64,000 bases of DNA from Eledone cirrhosa (Eukaryota): contig OZ024751.1 in assembly GCA_964016885.1 (NCBI GenBank), positions 43,090,001-43,154,000 of the forward strand, in the 5' to 3' direction. Below are positions 1 through 64,000 of this stretch, in pieces. A model generated the notes under the pieces. It was not told the origin of the DNA, searched no databases, and saw only the letters and a program-made list of their open reading frames with translations. Every line of letters starts with the position of its first letter. Within the stretch, counting starts at the first letter, position 1. The translations under genes were made by a program, and so were the position numbers.

Positions 1-59207
<59,207 letters not shown>

Positions 59208-59349
59208 AGTAACTTCAAAGTTACTGTCTATATCCCTTGTCTCTGTTTGTTATATTTGGGCATCAATGTTATCAGTATTCTTCTTATTGTTATTACTCTT
59301 ATCATCATTATACTTATTATTCTTATTATTAATATTAAGTTTGAAAAGG

Positions 59350-59975
59350 GCCGGTGGATTGGCAGTATCGGTAGAGGGTCAAACACCATGCTTTTGCAGC
59401 ATAGAGTTACGGTTCTTTACGGTCTCAGTTCAAATCCCGCCGAGGTTAACTTTGCCTTTCATCCTTACGGAGTCGATAAAATAAAGTACCGGTAACGAAC
59501 TGGGGTCGATTTAATCGACCCCCCCCCCCCATTACTGGCCTTGTGCCTATACTAGAAATCATTATTGATATTAAGGGCGGTGGATTGGCAGTATCGGTAG
59601 AGCGTCGGACGCCATGCTTTCTAGCATAGTTACGTCCCTTTACGATCTGAGTTCAAATCCCGCCGAGGTTGACTTTGCCTTTCATCCTTACGGGGTCGAT
59701 AAAATAAAGTACCAGTGAGGCACTGGGTAGTTGCTGGCCTTGTGCCTATACTAGAAATCATTATTGATATTAAGTTTGAAAGAAATATTTTTAGGAATCG
59801 TTATACATTATATAGGAGGCGAATTGGCAGAGTGGTTAGAACGTCGGATAGAATGTCTTATGGCATTCATTTCAGCTTTCTGCTCTCGGAGTTCAAATCC
59901 TGCTGAGAGAAACTTTGCCTTTCATCCATTCGAGGTCGATAAAAATAAAGTACCAGTCTAGTACTGAGGTCGATT
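59350..59975 (+). mobile_element. Three tandem SINE family A copies just 3' of the stop codon
   Basis: match to family A. Confidence 0.8.
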
Positions 59976-61069
59976 CTTCCTCTATATCTCTTTCTCACTT
60001 TCATACTCTCACTCCTTCTATATTTCTCTGGAAGAAATCCGACCTGGAGACGAGATGAGCTTCGCCAGGTTCTAAAAATACCTTTAAAATGCTGTGTGTC
60101 AATACAGCACCCTTACGACACCATTAGGAGTTACGGGACTATATATACATAATAAACATTGTAATCATCAATTTGAGGCAGATAAGAAAGGTAGACTTAC
60201 TGATGTGATACGAATCACGAAACTATCACTTTTGTAACGTTATTAAAGGGGTTAATTTCTGTTTAAAATGTTTAAAGTTTTAAAATCATGGAGAACAACT
60301 TCTTGATAAATTTATTTCCTCGTGGCGAACAACTTCTTAAATTTATTTGCTCCTGGTGAACAACTTCTTAAATTTATTTGCTCCTGGTGAACAACTTCTT
60401 AAATTTATTTGCTCCTGGTGAACAACTTCTTAAATTTATTTGCGCATGGCAAAATCTTCGTACATATATTTCTACGTGGAGAACATGTTTGTACGTCTAT
60501 TTACTCGTGGCAAGATCTTCGCATGTTATCACTCACTAGTGTATCGCACTACGTACTAAACTACATCTTATCACTTACCAGTGTAACGTGTTACGCATTA
60601 CACTACACTTCAAAGTGACGGCTAATCTCTGAAAGCTCAAATTAATTCATTTTTCTTATTTATATTAATTTATTTAACTGTGCTACCTATATTCCAACAA
60701 TACTATTATTAATCAGTTATTTAGCAACGCAGAACAAACAAATTATAAATCTATTTATAAACATTATGGCGGGCTGTCAGTTGAAAGGTGAATAAGCTGA
60801 CCAAGATACTTTCATTGATTGACCAAGTGAGGTTTATTTTTCAACATAGTCCCTGGAAAGAAACAATGTAGTTATTGATAAGAAGAGTTGAAATTAATGC
60901 AGGCAAGATTTCACAGCTCTAGCATCACTTCTTTATAGTCAGCCTATGAAGATTTCCCCGTTAATGACAGGATCAACCTTTGTAAGATATGAACAAAGTC
61001 TCAAGATTAACTCTATATTTAATAACAAATTATTATCGAGAGCATTTATATATCTATTTATCTACCACA

Positions 61070-64000
<2,931 letters not shown>

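Noticed and set aside
60768-60980. Possible mariner terminal remnant (also 49346-49450)
   Set aside because: Only vague resemblance, no paired TIR or transposase; not supportable without a library search.

Overview
AT-rich, microsatellite-saturated animal genomic DNA, most likely a coleoid cephalopod (Octopus-like; inferred from SINE types, repeat load and gene type). One + strand gene spans nearly the whole window: a myosin-motor-domain chitin synthase. I reconstructed 30 GT-AG exons by hand (1-59207, 6249 nt, 2082 aa plus stop; start codon lies upstream of the window), with reading phase consistent at every junction. The introns carry tRNA-derived SINEs of three types, R4/Dong-like LINEs in (TTA)n, RTE fragments, a mariner-like MITE and minisatellites that abut splice sites. 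The hidden layer is RNA. There are about a dozen intact or degenerate minimal type-I hammerhead ribozyme motifs. These include a 474-bp tandem repeat with one hammerhead per unit in the sense orientation of the pre-mRNA (retrozyme/Penelope pseudo-LTR-like), a 62-bp tandem array whose unit is one hammerhead-like motif, and several U3:A8 covariant cores. Many (TA)n-embedded fold-back palindromes have their turning point on a hammerhead helix or cleavage site. All folds were read by eye; no computation was run.
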